Shown here: positions 54,633 to 64,000 of the stretch, one piece after another
How the letters are laid out: every line of letters starts with the position of its first letter
Position numbering within the stretch: position 1 is the stretch's first letter
Origin: Nitrospinales bacterium
GTDB lineage: Bacteria > Nitrospinota > Nitrospinia > Nitrospinales > VA-1
Assembly (NCBI GenBank): GCA_965223345.1
Contig: CBDCWG010000007.1
Coordinates: forward strand, 1 to 64,000
Length of the DNA stretch: 64,000 nucleotides
Direction: 5' to 3'
Program-made: the position numbers and the translations under genes
The notes under the pieces: model-generated
The model's database searches: none
What the model was told of the DNA's origin: nothing
Seen by the model: only the letters and a program-made list of their open reading frames with translations

Positions 54633-56126
54633 TCAGCGGCGGCCTTTTTTGGTGAAGGAACCGAGGATGCCGCGTATCAGTTCGCGCCCGACGGTGCGGC
54701 CGATGGTGCGAATCATGGATTTGATGCCGGCCTCGACGAAGCCCTGCCGCTTGCGCCCGCCCTTGGACTTGCTCGCCGCTTTCTCGGCGGCTTCTTTCTG
54801 CGCGAGGGCTTCGGCTTCCTGTTCGCGCTTTTCCGCCCGCTTCAATAAAATCTCGTAGGCGGATTCGCGGTCCAGGGTGGTCTCATAACGTTGCTTCATG
54901 CGGCTTGAGTCGATGACGGCCTGGCGCTCGGCCTTGGTCGCCGGCCCCATGCGCGATGCGGGCGGGCGGATGAGGGTGCGCTCCACCGGAGTCGGTCGGC
55001 CCTTGTGATCGAGCGTGGACACCAGCGCCTCGCCGACGCCCAGCTCCTGAATGACCTCGGCGGCGTTCAGTTTGGGATTGGGCCGGAAGGTTTCCGCCAC
55101 GGCGCGCACGACTTTTTTATCCTTGGGCGTGAACGCGCGCAGCGCATGCTGGACGCGGTTGCCGAGCTGTCCCAGGATGTCTTCGGGGATGTCGAGCGGG
55201 CTCTGCGTGATGAAGTAGACGCCCACGCCTTTCGAGCGGATCAGGCGCACGACCTGCTCCACCTTGTCCAGCAGGGAGCGCGGCGCATCGTCGAACAGCA
55301 GGTGCGCCTCGTCGAAGAAAAACACCATCTCGGGTTTTTCCGGATCGCCCACTTCGGGCAACTCCTCGAACAGTTCGGACAGCAGCCACAACAAAAACGT
55401 CGCGTAGAGTTTCGGCGACTGCATCAGCTTGTCGGCGGCGAGGATGTTGATCATGCCGCGGGATTTGCGATCGACGACCATGAAATCGCGCAGGTCGAGG
55501 GCGGGCTCGCCGAAGAACGACCGGCCGCCCTGCTGTTCCAGCGTCAGCAGACGGCGCTGGATGGCGCCGACCGACACTTTGCTCACATGGCCGAACTCGG
55601 TGGTCAGCGCCTTGGCGTTCTCGCCGACAAAATTGAGCAGCGAGCGCAGGTCTTTCAGATCGAGGATCAGCAATCCTTCGTGGTCGGCCACTTTGAACGC
55701 CACGTTGAGAACGCCTTCCTGCGTGTCGTTCAGCTCCAGGAGCCGCGACAGCAAAAGCGGCCCCATCTCGGACATGGTGGTGCGCACCGGGTGCCCCTTT
55801 TTCCCGAACAGATCCCAGAACACGACGGGACTGGACTGGAACAAATAATCGGTGAGGCCGATGGTCTCGGCGCGTTCCTGCAGTTTCCCCAGCAGTTTCT
55901 CAGGCGGGTTGCCGGGCTGGCAGATTCCGGAAAGGTCGCCCTTGACGTCGGCCATGAACACGGGAACGCCCTGGCGCGAAAAGGCCTCGGCCATGATCTG
56001 CAGCGTGACGGTTTTCCCGGTGCCCGTCGCCCCGGAGATCAATCCATGCCGGTTGGCGTACTTGAGCAGGAGCCGTTGCGGCGTGTCTCCGCCGCCGAGA
56101 AAAAGGGAAGTCGCGTCGTCAGCCAT
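54633..56126 (-). CDS. DUF853 / HerA-like P-loop ATPase (YjgR family)
   Basis: [61 protein letters not shown]. Confidence 0.92.
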   Translation of the reverse strand: MADDATSLFLGGGDTPQRLLLKYANRHGLISGATGTGKTVTLQIMAEAFSRQGVPVFMADVKGDLSGICQPGNPPEKLLGKLQERAETIGLTDYLFQSSPVVFWDLFGKKGHPVRTTMSEMGPLLLSRLLELNDTQEGVLNVAFKVADHEGLLILDLKDLRSLLNFVGENAKALTTEFGHVSKVSVGAIQRRLLTLEQQGGRSFFGEPALDLRDFMVVDRKSRGMINILAADKLMQSPKLYATFLLWLLSELFEELPEVGDPEKPEMVFFFDEAHLLFDDAPRSLLDKVEQVVRLIRSKGVGVYFITQSPLDIPEDILGQLGNRVQHALRAFTPKDKKVVRAVAETFRPNPKLNAAEVIQELGVGEALVSTLDHKGRPTPVERTLIRPPASRMGPATKAERQAVIDSSRMKQRYETTLDRESAYEILLKRAEKREQEAEALAQKEAAEKAASKSKGGRKRQGFVEAGIKSMIRTIGRTVGRELIRGILGSFTKKGRR

Positions 56127-56220
56127 GGTCTGGGATTCCTCGTTGATCGAAAATCTCTGTGTGAGTGGTGCAGGCCGATGCCGTGTGAGACCTGCGGCAT
56201 CGACCGGTCTCAGGGATGGG

Positions 56221-56628
56221 TCAGTGCGTGATCCTCGGTTCGAGCTCCGCAGCCTGGTCCACCCAGCGGGCCACCTGGCTGGGTTCGGGAACCGCACGGG
56301 TGAGTTTTTTCTCCTCGTTGATTTCCTTCATCTTCTGCGCGAGGTTCTCGGCATTGCGCTGTTTGAGTTCCTTGACGGTGTCCACGCCCGCCGCTTCCAG
56401 CAACTCGGCGAACTGTTTTCCCACTCCCGAGATGCGCATGAGGTCGGCCATGTTGGCCCACTTGAGCAGGACGGAGTCGTTGATGCCGGTTTTCGTCGCC
56501 GTGTCCTTGCGTCCCGAGGCGGACCCGCAGGCATCGAGCAAATCAGACGTTTTCAAGATCCCCACCTCTTCCAGCTTTTTTCCGTTGGCGGATCCGATTC
56601 CCTCAATCTCCTGAATTTTATAACTCAT
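56221..56628 (-). CDS. DUF4332 helix-hairpin-helix protein
   Basis: [32 protein letters not shown]. Confidence 0.88.
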   Translation of the reverse strand: MSYKIQEIEGIGSANGKKLEEVGILKTSDLLDACGSASGRKDTATKTGINDSVLLKWANMADLMRISGVGKQFAELLEAAGVDTVKELKQRNAENLAQKMKEINEEKKLTRAVPEPSQVARWVDQAAELEPRITH

Positions 56629-57036
56629 AGATTTCTCCTTCTTTTTGAACCGCTTGTTTCAAAAAAAACTCTGGACGCTGCCAGAATGTTGAGAAAAAAC
56701 CATGCTCCATAAAATCGTCCGGCCCATCGAAAACCGGGGCCGGCGCCACGATGACCGATGCTGCGCTAAGGTTCGAATTCTTTGGCGTTTAAGCAAGCTC
56801 TGGCGCAAAAAACCCGCACTGGGGCCTAGCTTACTTCCAACGGTTTGAAAATCCAAAATTTTTTTCGGCCCCTTTGCGGAAAAAGTTCGCAACCCGCTTC
56901 ATTTTTTTGTGTTTGAGCGAATATCCGTAATCCGTTGCGCTTTGGGTTGCGCGCTTGAATGTGTGCCGTCCGCCGGTGTAATCTAGCAGCGACTCCTGTC
57001 TTTCATTTATTCCCCCCAGCGAGGAGAAACGGGTTC

Positions 57037-57891
57037 ATGCGTTTTTCAAGATTCGGATCTTTGGGCCGTGGCGGCCGGCGGTCGGGACGGCTTCGGCTGT
57101 GGCCGATCCTGTTGTTCGGTGTGTTTTTCGCTTACTACTATTTCAGCAATCAGGAAACCGTGCCGCTGACCGGGCGCACGCAGCTGGTGGACATGAGCCG
57201 GGAGCAGGAAGCAGCTCTGGGATTGCAGTCCTACCGGCAGATCCTCGGCCAGTCGAAGGTGGTCCGCCAGGGCGAGGCCGTCGAGCGCGTCAACGCCATC
57301 GGCCGCCGCTTGGCGAAAGCCGCAAGCGATGTGGACCCCGGCTTCAAGTGGGAATTCAACGTGATCCAATCGGACCAGGCCAACGCGTTCGCCCTGCCCG
57401 GCGGCAAGGTGGCGGTGTACACGGGCATTCTGGACATCGCGAAGAACGACGACGGCCTGAGCGCCATCATGGGGCATGAGATCGCGCACGCCATCGCGCG
57501 GCACGGCGCGGAACGCATCTCGCACCAGAAACTGGTGCAGTACGGCACGCTGGCTGCGGGGCTGGCGCTGGGCGAGATGGACGTGAGCACGCAGAACATG
57601 GTGATGGCGGCGCTGGGGGTCGGCGCGCGTTTCGGCGTGCTGCTGCCGTTTTCGCGCGAGCACGAATCGGAAGCGGACTACATGGGGCTGCTGTTTCTGG
57701 CCGAAGCCTGCTTCGATCCGCGCGAAGCGCCGCGCCTGTGGGAGCGCATGGGCAAAGCCGGCGGCAAAGCGCCGGCGGAATTCATGTCCACCCACCCGAG
57801 CAGCGCAACGCGCATCCGCCAGTTTGAAGAATGGATGCCGGAAGCGCTGGACATCCGCAAGCAGCATTGTGCCGGAAAACCATTGCGTTGA
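57037..57891 (+). CDS. M48 family zinc metallopeptidase
   Basis: NAFALPGGK, HEIAH, FSREHESEAD, STHP. Confidence 0.92.
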   Translation: MRFSRFGSLGRGGRRSGRLRLWPILLFGVFFAYYYFSNQETVPLTGRTQLVDMSREQEAALGLQSYRQILGQSKVVRQGEAVERVNAIGRRLAKAASDVDPGFKWEFNVIQSDQANAFALPGGKVAVYTGILDIAKNDDGLSAIMGHEIAHAIARHGAERISHQKLVQYGTLAAGLALGEMDVSTQNMVMAALGVGARFGVLLPFSREHESEADYMGLLFLAEACFDPREAPRLWERMGKAGGKAPAEFMSTHPSSATRIRQFEEWMPEALDIRKQHCAGKPLR

Positions 57892-57968
57892 GCGACAATG
57901 ATTAAAGTGAGTTCTTTAAAGTATTACCTTAGGAGATCTTTCACGAACCGGTATCACTGAAAATTCAC

Positions 57969-58026
57969 TGTCACCCTGAGCCTGTCGAAGGGTGCCGAGT
58001 CATGCTTCGACAAGCTCAGCATGACA
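57969..58026. repeat. Inverted pair of REP-like palindromes (same family as at 54.1 kb)
   Basis: TGTCACCCTGAGCCTGTCGAAGGGTG and GTCATGCTTCGACAAGCTCAGCATGACA between convergent genes. Confidence 0.85.
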
Positions 58027-58046
58027 AATGAGTGGCATGCAAAGTC

Positions 58047-58490
58047 TCATAGAGCCAGCGGTTTGACGGTGAGCATCGCCGCCGGGTCGTCCCGCCAGAG
58101 AGCGGGGTCCGTATCGACATACACCTCGACCCCGTTGCCGTCGGGATCCTGCATGTACAGGCTTTGCGACACGCCGTGGTCGGACTGGCCTTCGATGGCC
58201 ACCCCTCCCCTTTCCAGTTCCCGTTTGGCGGCGCGCAGGTCTTCCAGCGAATCGCCGATCTTGAAACCCAGATGAAACAGGCCCGGCTCGCGACCCTGCA
58301 TGGGCGGCTTGTCGCCGCCGGTTTCCAGGAGCAGCAGTTCGTGGTGCGTCCGGCCGCCGGAGAGCGCCGCCGCCTTGCCATCGAACATGCGCGCCACCTC
58401 TTTAAAGCCGAGCAGGTCGCGGTAGAATTTCAGCGACCGCTCGATGTCCTTCACATACAGCGCCACGTGGCCCAGGTAGTGTGCTTTCAT
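58047..58490 (-). CDS. VOC/glyoxalase family protein (catechol 2,3-dioxygenase-like single domain)
   Basis: LGHVAL, FYRDLLG, THHEL, LFHLGF, DHGVSQSLYMQDPDGNGVE. Confidence 0.88.
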   Translation of the reverse strand: MKAHYLGHVALYVKDIERSLKFYRDLLGFKEVARMFDGKAAALSGGRTHHELLLLETGGDKPPMQGREPGLFHLGFKIGDSLEDLRAAKRELERGGVAIEGQSDHGVSQSLYMQDPDGNGVEVYVDTDPALWRDDPAAMLTVKPLAL

Positions 58491-58500
58491 GGTGCACCTC

Positions 58501-59328
58501 TTATTGAATGAGGGTGATGTCGAACTCGCCCACCAGCCCGTCGGTGATTTTCCCCGTGGGATCTTTTTTGTACTCGACGACCAGCCGCTCCCGCTGTTCG
58601 GGCGTGTTCTTCTCGTCGTGCAGCACGAAGTCCTTGGCGTTCAGATCTTCAATGACGCCGATGTTCTCGATGTCCTTGCCGCGGAAGTACGCCTGCGTCA
58701 CCAGCTGCGGGTAGCCCGGCGCGCTGATCATCATGTGCAGGTGCGCGGTGCGGAAGCCGCCGTAGATGGGGTAAAAACCGGGAACGATGGTTTTAAACCA
58801 GTAGCGGCCGTCCTCATCGGTGAGGGCGCGGCCCCAGTACTGGAAATTCTCGTCGTGCGTCCGGTGCACCATCTCGCCGGTGTCGGGGTGCTTGAAGCTG
58901 AAGTTGGGTCCGTCGCCCTTATGGTTGTAGCGGCCGCTCTGCGAGCACTGCCAGAGGATGATCGTGGCTCCGGGCAGGACCTCCTCACCCATGCTGAAAT
59001 CCTTTTCCGTCATCACCCGGGTTCCCTTGACCTGACCGCGCAGATAGATCACCTGCCCCTTGGCTTTGCCGGGTTTGCCTTTGACGAAGGTCAGGTCGTT
59101 GTCGTTGCCCTCGGCGATGGGTCCGCTGAAATCCATGCGTTCGCGGATTTCCACTTCGGGGTCGCCGTCGTCCGGGTAATACGGCCCCAGAACCTGGCGG
59201 GGCGTTTCCTTGCTCAGCATCTGGCCGAACACCGGGCCCGCGGCCAGCGTACCGGCGACGGTTCCCAAGGTTCCCAGGCTGGTTTTTAAGAAACTTCTGC
59301 GTGTGGTGTTTTTTTCGTCGTGCGACAT
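58501..59328 (-). CDS. Tat-signal intradiol ring-cleavage dioxygenase (protocatechuate 3,4-dioxygenase beta-like)
   Basis: TRRSFLK signal; GPYYP, WQC...GRYNH, YWGRALTDEDGRYWFKTIVPGFY, RTAHLH, LVTQAYF. Confidence 0.88.
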   Translation of the reverse strand: MSHDEKNTTRRSFLKTSLGTLGTVAGTLAAGPVFGQMLSKETPRQVLGPYYPDDGDPEVEIRERMDFSGPIAEGNDNDLTFVKGKPGKAKGQVIYLRGQVKGTRVMTEKDFSMGEEVLPGATIILWQCSQSGRYNHKGDGPNFSFKHPDTGEMVHRTHDENFQYWGRALTDEDGRYWFKTIVPGFYPIYGGFRTAHLHMMISAPGYPQLVTQAYFRGKDIENIGVIEDLNAKDFVLHDEKNTPEQRERLVVEYKKDPTGKITDGLVGEFDITLIQ

Positions 59329-59386
59329 GGTGAACTCCTTTCCCACTTAAATGGACCCTTGAAACCGTTTCCTGCGGGTCCATTGA

Positions 59387-59953
59387 TCATTTGTCTGTTT
59401 TAATGAGAGACATTCTGTCTATGAACTTGTCCTTCAAATCGTAATGGTGTCTCAGGATCAACGAGACATGGGCGGCGATCAAACCCACGGTCAGGAACAC
59501 CAGGATCCTGTGAACATACTGGCCGATCTCAGACAGCAGAGCGTTTTTTCCGATCAGGTCGGGGGTTTGGAACAATCCGAAAAACTTGAAACCGTGTCCT
59601 CCGGCCAGCGAAAAAACATAACCGCTCAGCGGCATCAAAATCATGACCGTGTACAGACTGACTTCCAAAAATGGAAACGCTTTCTTTTCAAATTCCGTCA
59701 TGGTTTCAGGCCAGGCGGGCAACGGATTCATCTTTCTCCATACAAGCCGGGCTATCGCCAGAAAGAACAGGGTCACGCCCATGGATTTATGAATGATGAA
59801 TAACGTCTCCGGGTAATAGTCGTCCGTGGCGACGCCATACATGACGATGGCAATTGCAAACTGGAATACGAACAAAAAGGAAATGGTCCAATGAAAGGCT
59901 TTTGCAACACTTCCGAACTGATTCTTTGAGTTTGATCCCGTCATCGTTTCCAC
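59387..59953 (-). CDS. Cytochrome b561 (YceJ/CybB family)
   Basis: AFHW, IHKSMG, MPLSGY, VH...AHVS.ILRHH; four TM helices. Confidence 0.85.
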   Translation of the reverse strand: METMTGSNSKNQFGSVAKAFHWTISFLFVFQFAIAIVMYGVATDDYYPETLFIIHKSMGVTLFFLAIARLVWRKMNPLPAWPETMTEFEKKAFPFLEVSLYTVMILMPLSGYVFSLAGGHGFKFFGLFQTPDLIGKNALLSEIGQYVHRILVFLTVGLIAAHVSLILRHHYDLKDKFIDRMSLIKTDK

Positions 59954-60049
59954 CTCTCCGTTTGATTTTTTGATCTTGTGCCTGGCTGATTACAATCACG
60001 CTCTTCCAAAAATTCACTGCGCACAAATCGCGCCGGCGCCGGTGAGCGG

Positions 60050-60520
60050 TCAGGCGCTCCGTTCACCCAGATACTTCTCCTCGACGCAGCGATCGAGCGA
60101 GAACTTGCCGCCGCCGGTCAGCATCAACGCGAGAGCGATGCCGATGGCGAGGATGTGGTACTCGAACCCCTCGCCCGCCTGCTGGCCGGACCAGTTCATG
60201 AAAAAGCCGTGGCCCAGGTGCACCGTCATCACGGCTCCCGCCATCACAGCGGCGATGCCGGCGGCGCTCAAGCGCGTGAGAAAACCGGCGATCAGCCCGA
60301 GCGAGCCGAAAAACTCGATGGCGATGACCGCAAGCGCGACGACGGTGGGCAGCCCCATCTTCTGGGTGAAAAACCCGAGCGTGCCTTCCAGCCCGTGGCC
60401 GCCGAACCAGCCGAACACTTTCTGCGCCCCGTGCGGGAACATCACGATGCCCAGGGTCAGGCGCAGGATCAGGGAAGAAATCGAATCGTCGGTGTGCAGT
60501 GCTGTTTTCAAGTAATTCAT
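60050..60520 (-). CDS. DoxX family membrane protein
   Basis: LRLTLG..MFPHGAQKVFGWFGG, EFFG, GFLTR, GEGFEYH, GGGKFSLD. Confidence 0.92.
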   Translation of the reverse strand: MNYLKTALHTDDSISSLILRLTLGIVMFPHGAQKVFGWFGGHGLEGTLGFFTQKMGLPTVVALAVIAIEFFGSLGLIAGFLTRLSAAGIAAVMAGAVMTVHLGHGFFMNWSGQQAGEGFEYHILAIGIALALMLTGGGKFSLDRCVEEKYLGERSA

Positions 60521-60557
60521 GGTCGCGTCTCCTGAATGAAGTGTTGTCATTATCAAT

Positions 60558-60574
60558 AGCAATCAAGATGCCAA
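60558..60574 (-). promoter_or_regulatory. sigma54 -24/-12 promoter of doxX operon
   Basis: Minus strand TTGGCATCTTGATTGCT; divergent from a GAFTGA activator gene. Confidence 0.85.
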
Positions 60575-60600
60575 AGACAGCTAATCCATAAATACATTAA

Positions 60601-60613
60601 AATCAATATTTTA
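60601..60613. promoter_or_regulatory. IHF binding site
   Basis: AATCAATATTTTA matches WATCAANNNNTTR in AT-rich tract just upstream of sigma54 site. Confidence 0.65.
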
Positions 60614-60704
60614 TAAAGATCTAACGCCTGACAGAGACTACGTTATCCCGTATTTTTATGGTTTCCCATTGCGGAGTTACGGAAATCCGTTCTATATTGA
60701 CGGC

Positions 60705-62339
60705 ATGAACCCGGATCGGGAATGGAACGAATTCGAATACATGCGGGAATTCCTGCTGTCCCTGCCGCATCAGCGCAAGCTGGAATCCCTGTTGGGGACG
60801 GTGGTCGAAAGCTACGCCCGCAAAGACCCTGTGGTGGCACTCGCCCGCATCTGGCTGGTGGGCCCCGGCGACCGCTGCGATTCCTGTGCGCTGCGGACGG
60901 TGTGTCCGGATCAAACCGAGTGCCTGCATCTGGCGGCGGAATGCTACAAAAAGCCTCCACAAGATCAGACCGCACTGGCGCGGGAATTTGAACGCATCCC
61001 GCTGGGGCTCGGCAAGGTCGGCCGCTGCGCCGTCACGGGCCAACAGGAAGACATCGGCGATCTGGAAGCAGACGTGCCGCACGCGGTCTCAAAAACCTGG
61101 GCGGAGCAGGAGCGCATCCTCGGGCTGGGCGTGACCCCCCTCATTCAGCAGGGAAAAACCCTGGGCGTCATCGCCGCCTGCATCCTGGACGAGGTGAAGG
61201 TGGAGGGGGAAGGCCTGTTCTGGGCCCGACTGGTGGCGGATTCCATCGCCGCCTCGATCGCCAATGTGCGCGCCTTCGAGGAAATCCAGACGCTCAAGGA
61301 GCGGCTCGAACGCGACAACGAATACCTGAGCGAGGAAATCCTCGAGTCGCAGGCCTACGGGGAGATCATCGGCCAGAGTCCGTCCTTGAAAAACGTGGCC
61401 GAGCAGATCGGCATGGTGGCGGGCACCGACGCCAATGTGCTGATCACCGGTGAGTCGGGAACCGGCAAGGAGCTGGTGGCGCGCGAGATCCACAAACGCA
61501 GCGCGCGCTCATTGCGGCCGCTGATCAAGGTGAACTGCGCGTCCATCCCGAAGGATCTGTACGAGAGCGAGTTTTTCGGCCACGTGAAGGGAGCGTTCAC
61601 GGGCGCGGTGCAGGACCGTCAGGGACGGTTCGAGCTGGCGGACGGGGCGACGCTGTTTCTGGATGAAGTCGGCGAGGTGCCGCTGGATCTGCAGAGCAAG
61701 CTGCTCAGGGTGCTGCAGGAAGGCGAATACGAAAAGATCGGCGATGCGCGCACCCGCAAATGCGATGTGCGGATCATCGCCGCCACCAACCGCGACCTGA
61801 AGGTCGAGATCATCAAGGGCCGGTTCCGCGAGGACCTGTACTACCGGCTCAACGTGTTCCCCATCGAGCTTCCCTCTCTGCGCGAGCGCCGGGAGGACAT
61901 CCCGCTTCTGGCGCAGCATTTTCTGGGGATCGCCAGCAGGAAGTTCAACAAGCCGGTCAAGCCGCTGGCGGCGGACCGCATCGAAATCCTGAAAAACTAT
62001 GCGTGGCCGGGCAACGTGCGCGAATTGCAGAATGTGCTGGAACGGGCGGTCATCACGTCGCGCCGCGGCGAATTGCAGCTGGATCTCGAACCGCCGGCTT
62101 CCAAAGACACGGCGACCGCACGGAAAACGGAACCGGCTGCCGGGGAGAGGATCTATTCGGATGCGGAGATGAAAGAGCGCGAACGGGAGAACACCCTGCG
62201 GGCGCTCGAACGCTGCGGCGGCCGGATTTTCGGGAAAAACGGCGCGGCCCGGCTGCTCGGCGTCAAACCGACGACGCTGGCCACGCGCATTCAGGCGATG
62301 GGACTCAAAAAAACCTATGCGGCCCGCAAAGCGAAATGA
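60705..62339 (+). CDS. sigma54-dependent enhancer-binding protein (GAF-AAA+-HTH, FhlA-like)
   Basis: [53 protein letters not shown]-terminal GAF with four Cys. Confidence 0.93.
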   Translation: MNPDREWNEFEYMREFLLSLPHQRKLESLLGTVVESYARKDPVVALARIWLVGPGDRCDSCALRTVCPDQTECLHLAAECYKKPPQDQTALAREFERIPLGLGKVGRCAVTGQQEDIGDLEADVPHAVSKTWAEQERILGLGVTPLIQQGKTLGVIAACILDEVKVEGEGLFWARLVADSIAASIANVRAFEEIQTLKERLERDNEYLSEEILESQAYGEIIGQSPSLKNVAEQIGMVAGTDANVLITGESGTGKELVAREIHKRSARSLRPLIKVNCASIPKDLYESEFFGHVKGAFTGAVQDRQGRFELADGATLFLDEVGEVPLDLQSKLLRVLQEGEYEKIGDARTRKCDVRIIAATNRDLKVEIIKGRFREDLYYRLNVFPIELPSLRERREDIPLLAQHFLGIASRKFNKPVKPLAADRIEILKNYAWPGNVRELQNVLERAVITSRRGELQLDLEPPASKDTATARKTEPAAGERIYSDAEMKERERENTLRALERCGGRIFGKNGAARLLGVKPTTLATRIQAMGLKKTYAARKAK

Positions 62340-62664
62340 CGATCGCGCCTGCAAACGCCGGATTCGGCAGGCGGAAGCGGCTGCATTTTTCTCTCAACGC
62401 CTTTAAAAGCGATGTTTGTGCGGACTCTCGCAGCAAAATCCGCCTCCTTTCGGAGAGAAGATGGACGAGAGTCTCTTTTTTTCAACTTCCCATTGTCCCC
62501 AAAAGCGTCGCCCTGAACATCGGCCGCAATCCGGCAGGGGATGCCGGCACTCAAATGTCCGGCATCGGGAAGTGTGAAAAAGCCCTCTGGGAAGCCCTCA
62601 GGGTGACGGGATACTGCCTTAAATTCTAAGGGTTTTCTCGCCATTCGCGGCGGGAACATTTAAG

Positions 62665-62694
62665 TTGACAGAAAAACGACCCTGCTTATATACT
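62665..62694 (+). promoter_or_regulatory. Putative sigma70 promoter upstream of nuoE-like gene
   Basis: TTGACA-N18-TATACT. Confidence 0.55.
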
Positions 62695-62835
62695 TCCCCC
62701 TTCCACCCCAGCGAAAGTGGAAGAAAATCAACCAAAGAGAGTTTTGGGATCGGGTGAATCCCTTTCGCCGCCAAAATTTTTTATAATCTTAGAGCCATTA
62801 CGAACTGAAAGCCTTTCACGAGACGAGTTCGCCCT

Positions 62836-63402
62836 ATGGAAACCAACGACACGACCACCGATCAGGCAGTGGCTGAGGAAGAAGAAAAAGAGATAGACCT
62901 CGCGCCGGCGCAGGAAATTCTGGATAAAATTCCGGACACGGCGAAAAACCGACGCTACCTGATTCCGACGCTGCAGAAAGTTCAGAATGCCTACCGCTAC
63001 CTGCCCGACGAAGCGATGAAGCTTCTGATGCGCAAATTCAACATCACGCGCGCGGAAATCTACGGAGTGATCTCGTTTTACCCGCAATTGATGATCACGG
63101 AGCCGGGGAGATACATCTTCAAGCTCTGCTACGGCACCGCCTGCTTCGTCAAGGGGGCGAACATCATCGCCGACCGGATCTTCGATGAATACCACATCCG
63201 CCCCGGTGAAACCGACAAGGGCAAGATCTTCACCCTGCAGACCGCTTCCTGCCTGGGCAACTGCGGCGCGGCGCCGATGGCCATCATCGGCGACGACACG
63301 CACGGAACCATCGACCCTGAAAAAACTTCCGAACTTTGCGCCAGCTATCGGGACCGGCCGGACGAGGCCGAACCGGCGGGCGAGGAGAAAGAATCTGAAT
63401 GA
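62836..63402 (+). CDS. nuoE: NuoE-like [2Fe-2S] subunit (NADH dehydrogenase 24 kDa family)
   Basis: LQKVQ..YRYLP, YGVISFY, CYGTAC, CLGNC..AP. Confidence 0.85.
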   Translation: METNDTTTDQAVAEEEEKEIDLAPAQEILDKIPDTAKNRRYLIPTLQKVQNAYRYLPDEAMKLLMRKFNITRAEIYGVISFYPQLMITEPGRYIFKLCYGTACFVKGANIIADRIFDEYHIRPGETDKGKIFTLQTASCLGNCGAAPMAIIGDDTHGTIDPEKTSELCASYRDRPDEAEPAGEEKESE

Positions 63403-64000
63403 GCACTGTAGCGAAAAAAACCGTTCACTTTAAAATCGACGGCAAGGATGTCACGGCGCCGGAGGGCACGGTCATCCTGGAAGCGTGCAAGCAGCAGGGA
63501 TTCGAGGTGACCAATCTCTGCTACAACCGCAAACTGAAACCGTTCGCCGCCTGCCGCACCTGCATGGTGGAAAAATGGAACGACGGCAACAAGGAGCTGG
63601 TGTATTCCTGCACCGAGCCGGTGGCCGAGGGCATCGAGGTCAAGACCAACACCGAGGAAACCGACCGCTACAACAGCGCGTGCCTGGAGATGCTCCTGGT
63701 CGAGCATCCCCTGGACTGTCCGATCTGCGACAAATCCGGCGTCTGTCCTTTACAGGATAATACCGACGCGCTCAAGCTCTACAACGGACGCTTCGAGATC
63801 AACCGGCGCAATGAGCCGAGCATCAAGACCAACCCGATCATCGAATTCTATCTCAACCGCTGCATCATGTGCGGCCTGTGCGTGCGCGCCTGCGACGAGA
63901 TCCAGGGCGTGCAGGCGCTCGACTATCACCAGCGGGGCCGCAGCGTGGGCATCGGCACCGCCAACGACGAACCGCTCGACTGCGAATTCTGCGGCCAGTG
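63399..64000 (+). CDS. NuoG-like Fe-S subunit (NADH/formate dehydrogenase family), partial
   Basis: Manual translation MSTVAKKTVHFKIDG...LCY...ACRTCMV...SC, HPLDCPICDKSGVCPLQ, RCIMCGLCVRAC, CEFCGQ; ATGA overlap with nuoE. Confidence 0.88.
   Translation, partial: MSTVAKKTVHFKIDGKDVTAPEGTVILEACKQQGFEVTNLCYNRKLKPFAACRTCMVEKWNDGNKELVYSCTEPVAEGIEVKTNTEETDRYNSACLEMLLVEHPLDCPICDKSGVCPLQDNTDALKLYNGRFEINRRNEPSIKTNPIIEFYLNRCIMCGLCVRACDEIQGVQALDYHQRGRSVGIGTANDEPLDCEFCGQ

Noticed and set aside
54633..56126. HerA-type antiphage system
   Set aside because: Motifs match the widespread DUF853/YjgR family and no NurA/Sir2/nuclease partner is adjacent

Overview
GC-rich Gram-negative bacterial chromosome segment. 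Taxonomy cannot be fixed from the sequence alone. From left to right it contains: (1) the 5' part of a ShlB/FhaC (TpsB) transporter gene and a DUF4384 protein; (2) a complete ~26 kb type VI secretion cluster (2376-28733) resembling the Pseudomonas H1/i3 type, with a phosphatase-kinase-LysM/TPR operon, tagH-tssJKLM-tagF and tssABC-hcp-tssEFGH-vgrG-DUF6931-PAAR, but no recognisable effector/immunity pair or tagJ; (3) a sigma54-preceded chaperone-usher-like operon with two DUF4402-like pilins; (4) a second exported DUF4384 protein facing an exported caspase-like (C14) protease that carries two FGE/CLec domains; (5) a porin-like gene, small sigma54-preceded ORFs, a K+ channel, a formyltransferase, an HDOD/hybrid kinase/receiver-Lcl signalling operon, amt, a long TPR protein, a DUF853 ATPase, DUF4332 and an M48 peptidase; (6) a sigma54/IHF-controlled DoxX-cytochrome b-Tat intradiol dioxygenase-VOC operon with a divergent Cys-rich GAF activator; (7) the start of a nuoE-nuoG-like locus. 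REP-like palindrome clusters lie at 54.0-54.6 kb and 58.0 kb. No tRNA, rRNA, CRISPR array, integrase or transposase was recognised. The best candidate for an undescribed system is an envelope proteolytic module (caspase-FGE protein, DUF4384 proteins sharing an (S/T)R(G/D)-hydrophobic motif, LysM-TPR protein and membrane kinase) bracketing the T6SS. All family assignments are by motif recognition, not database search.
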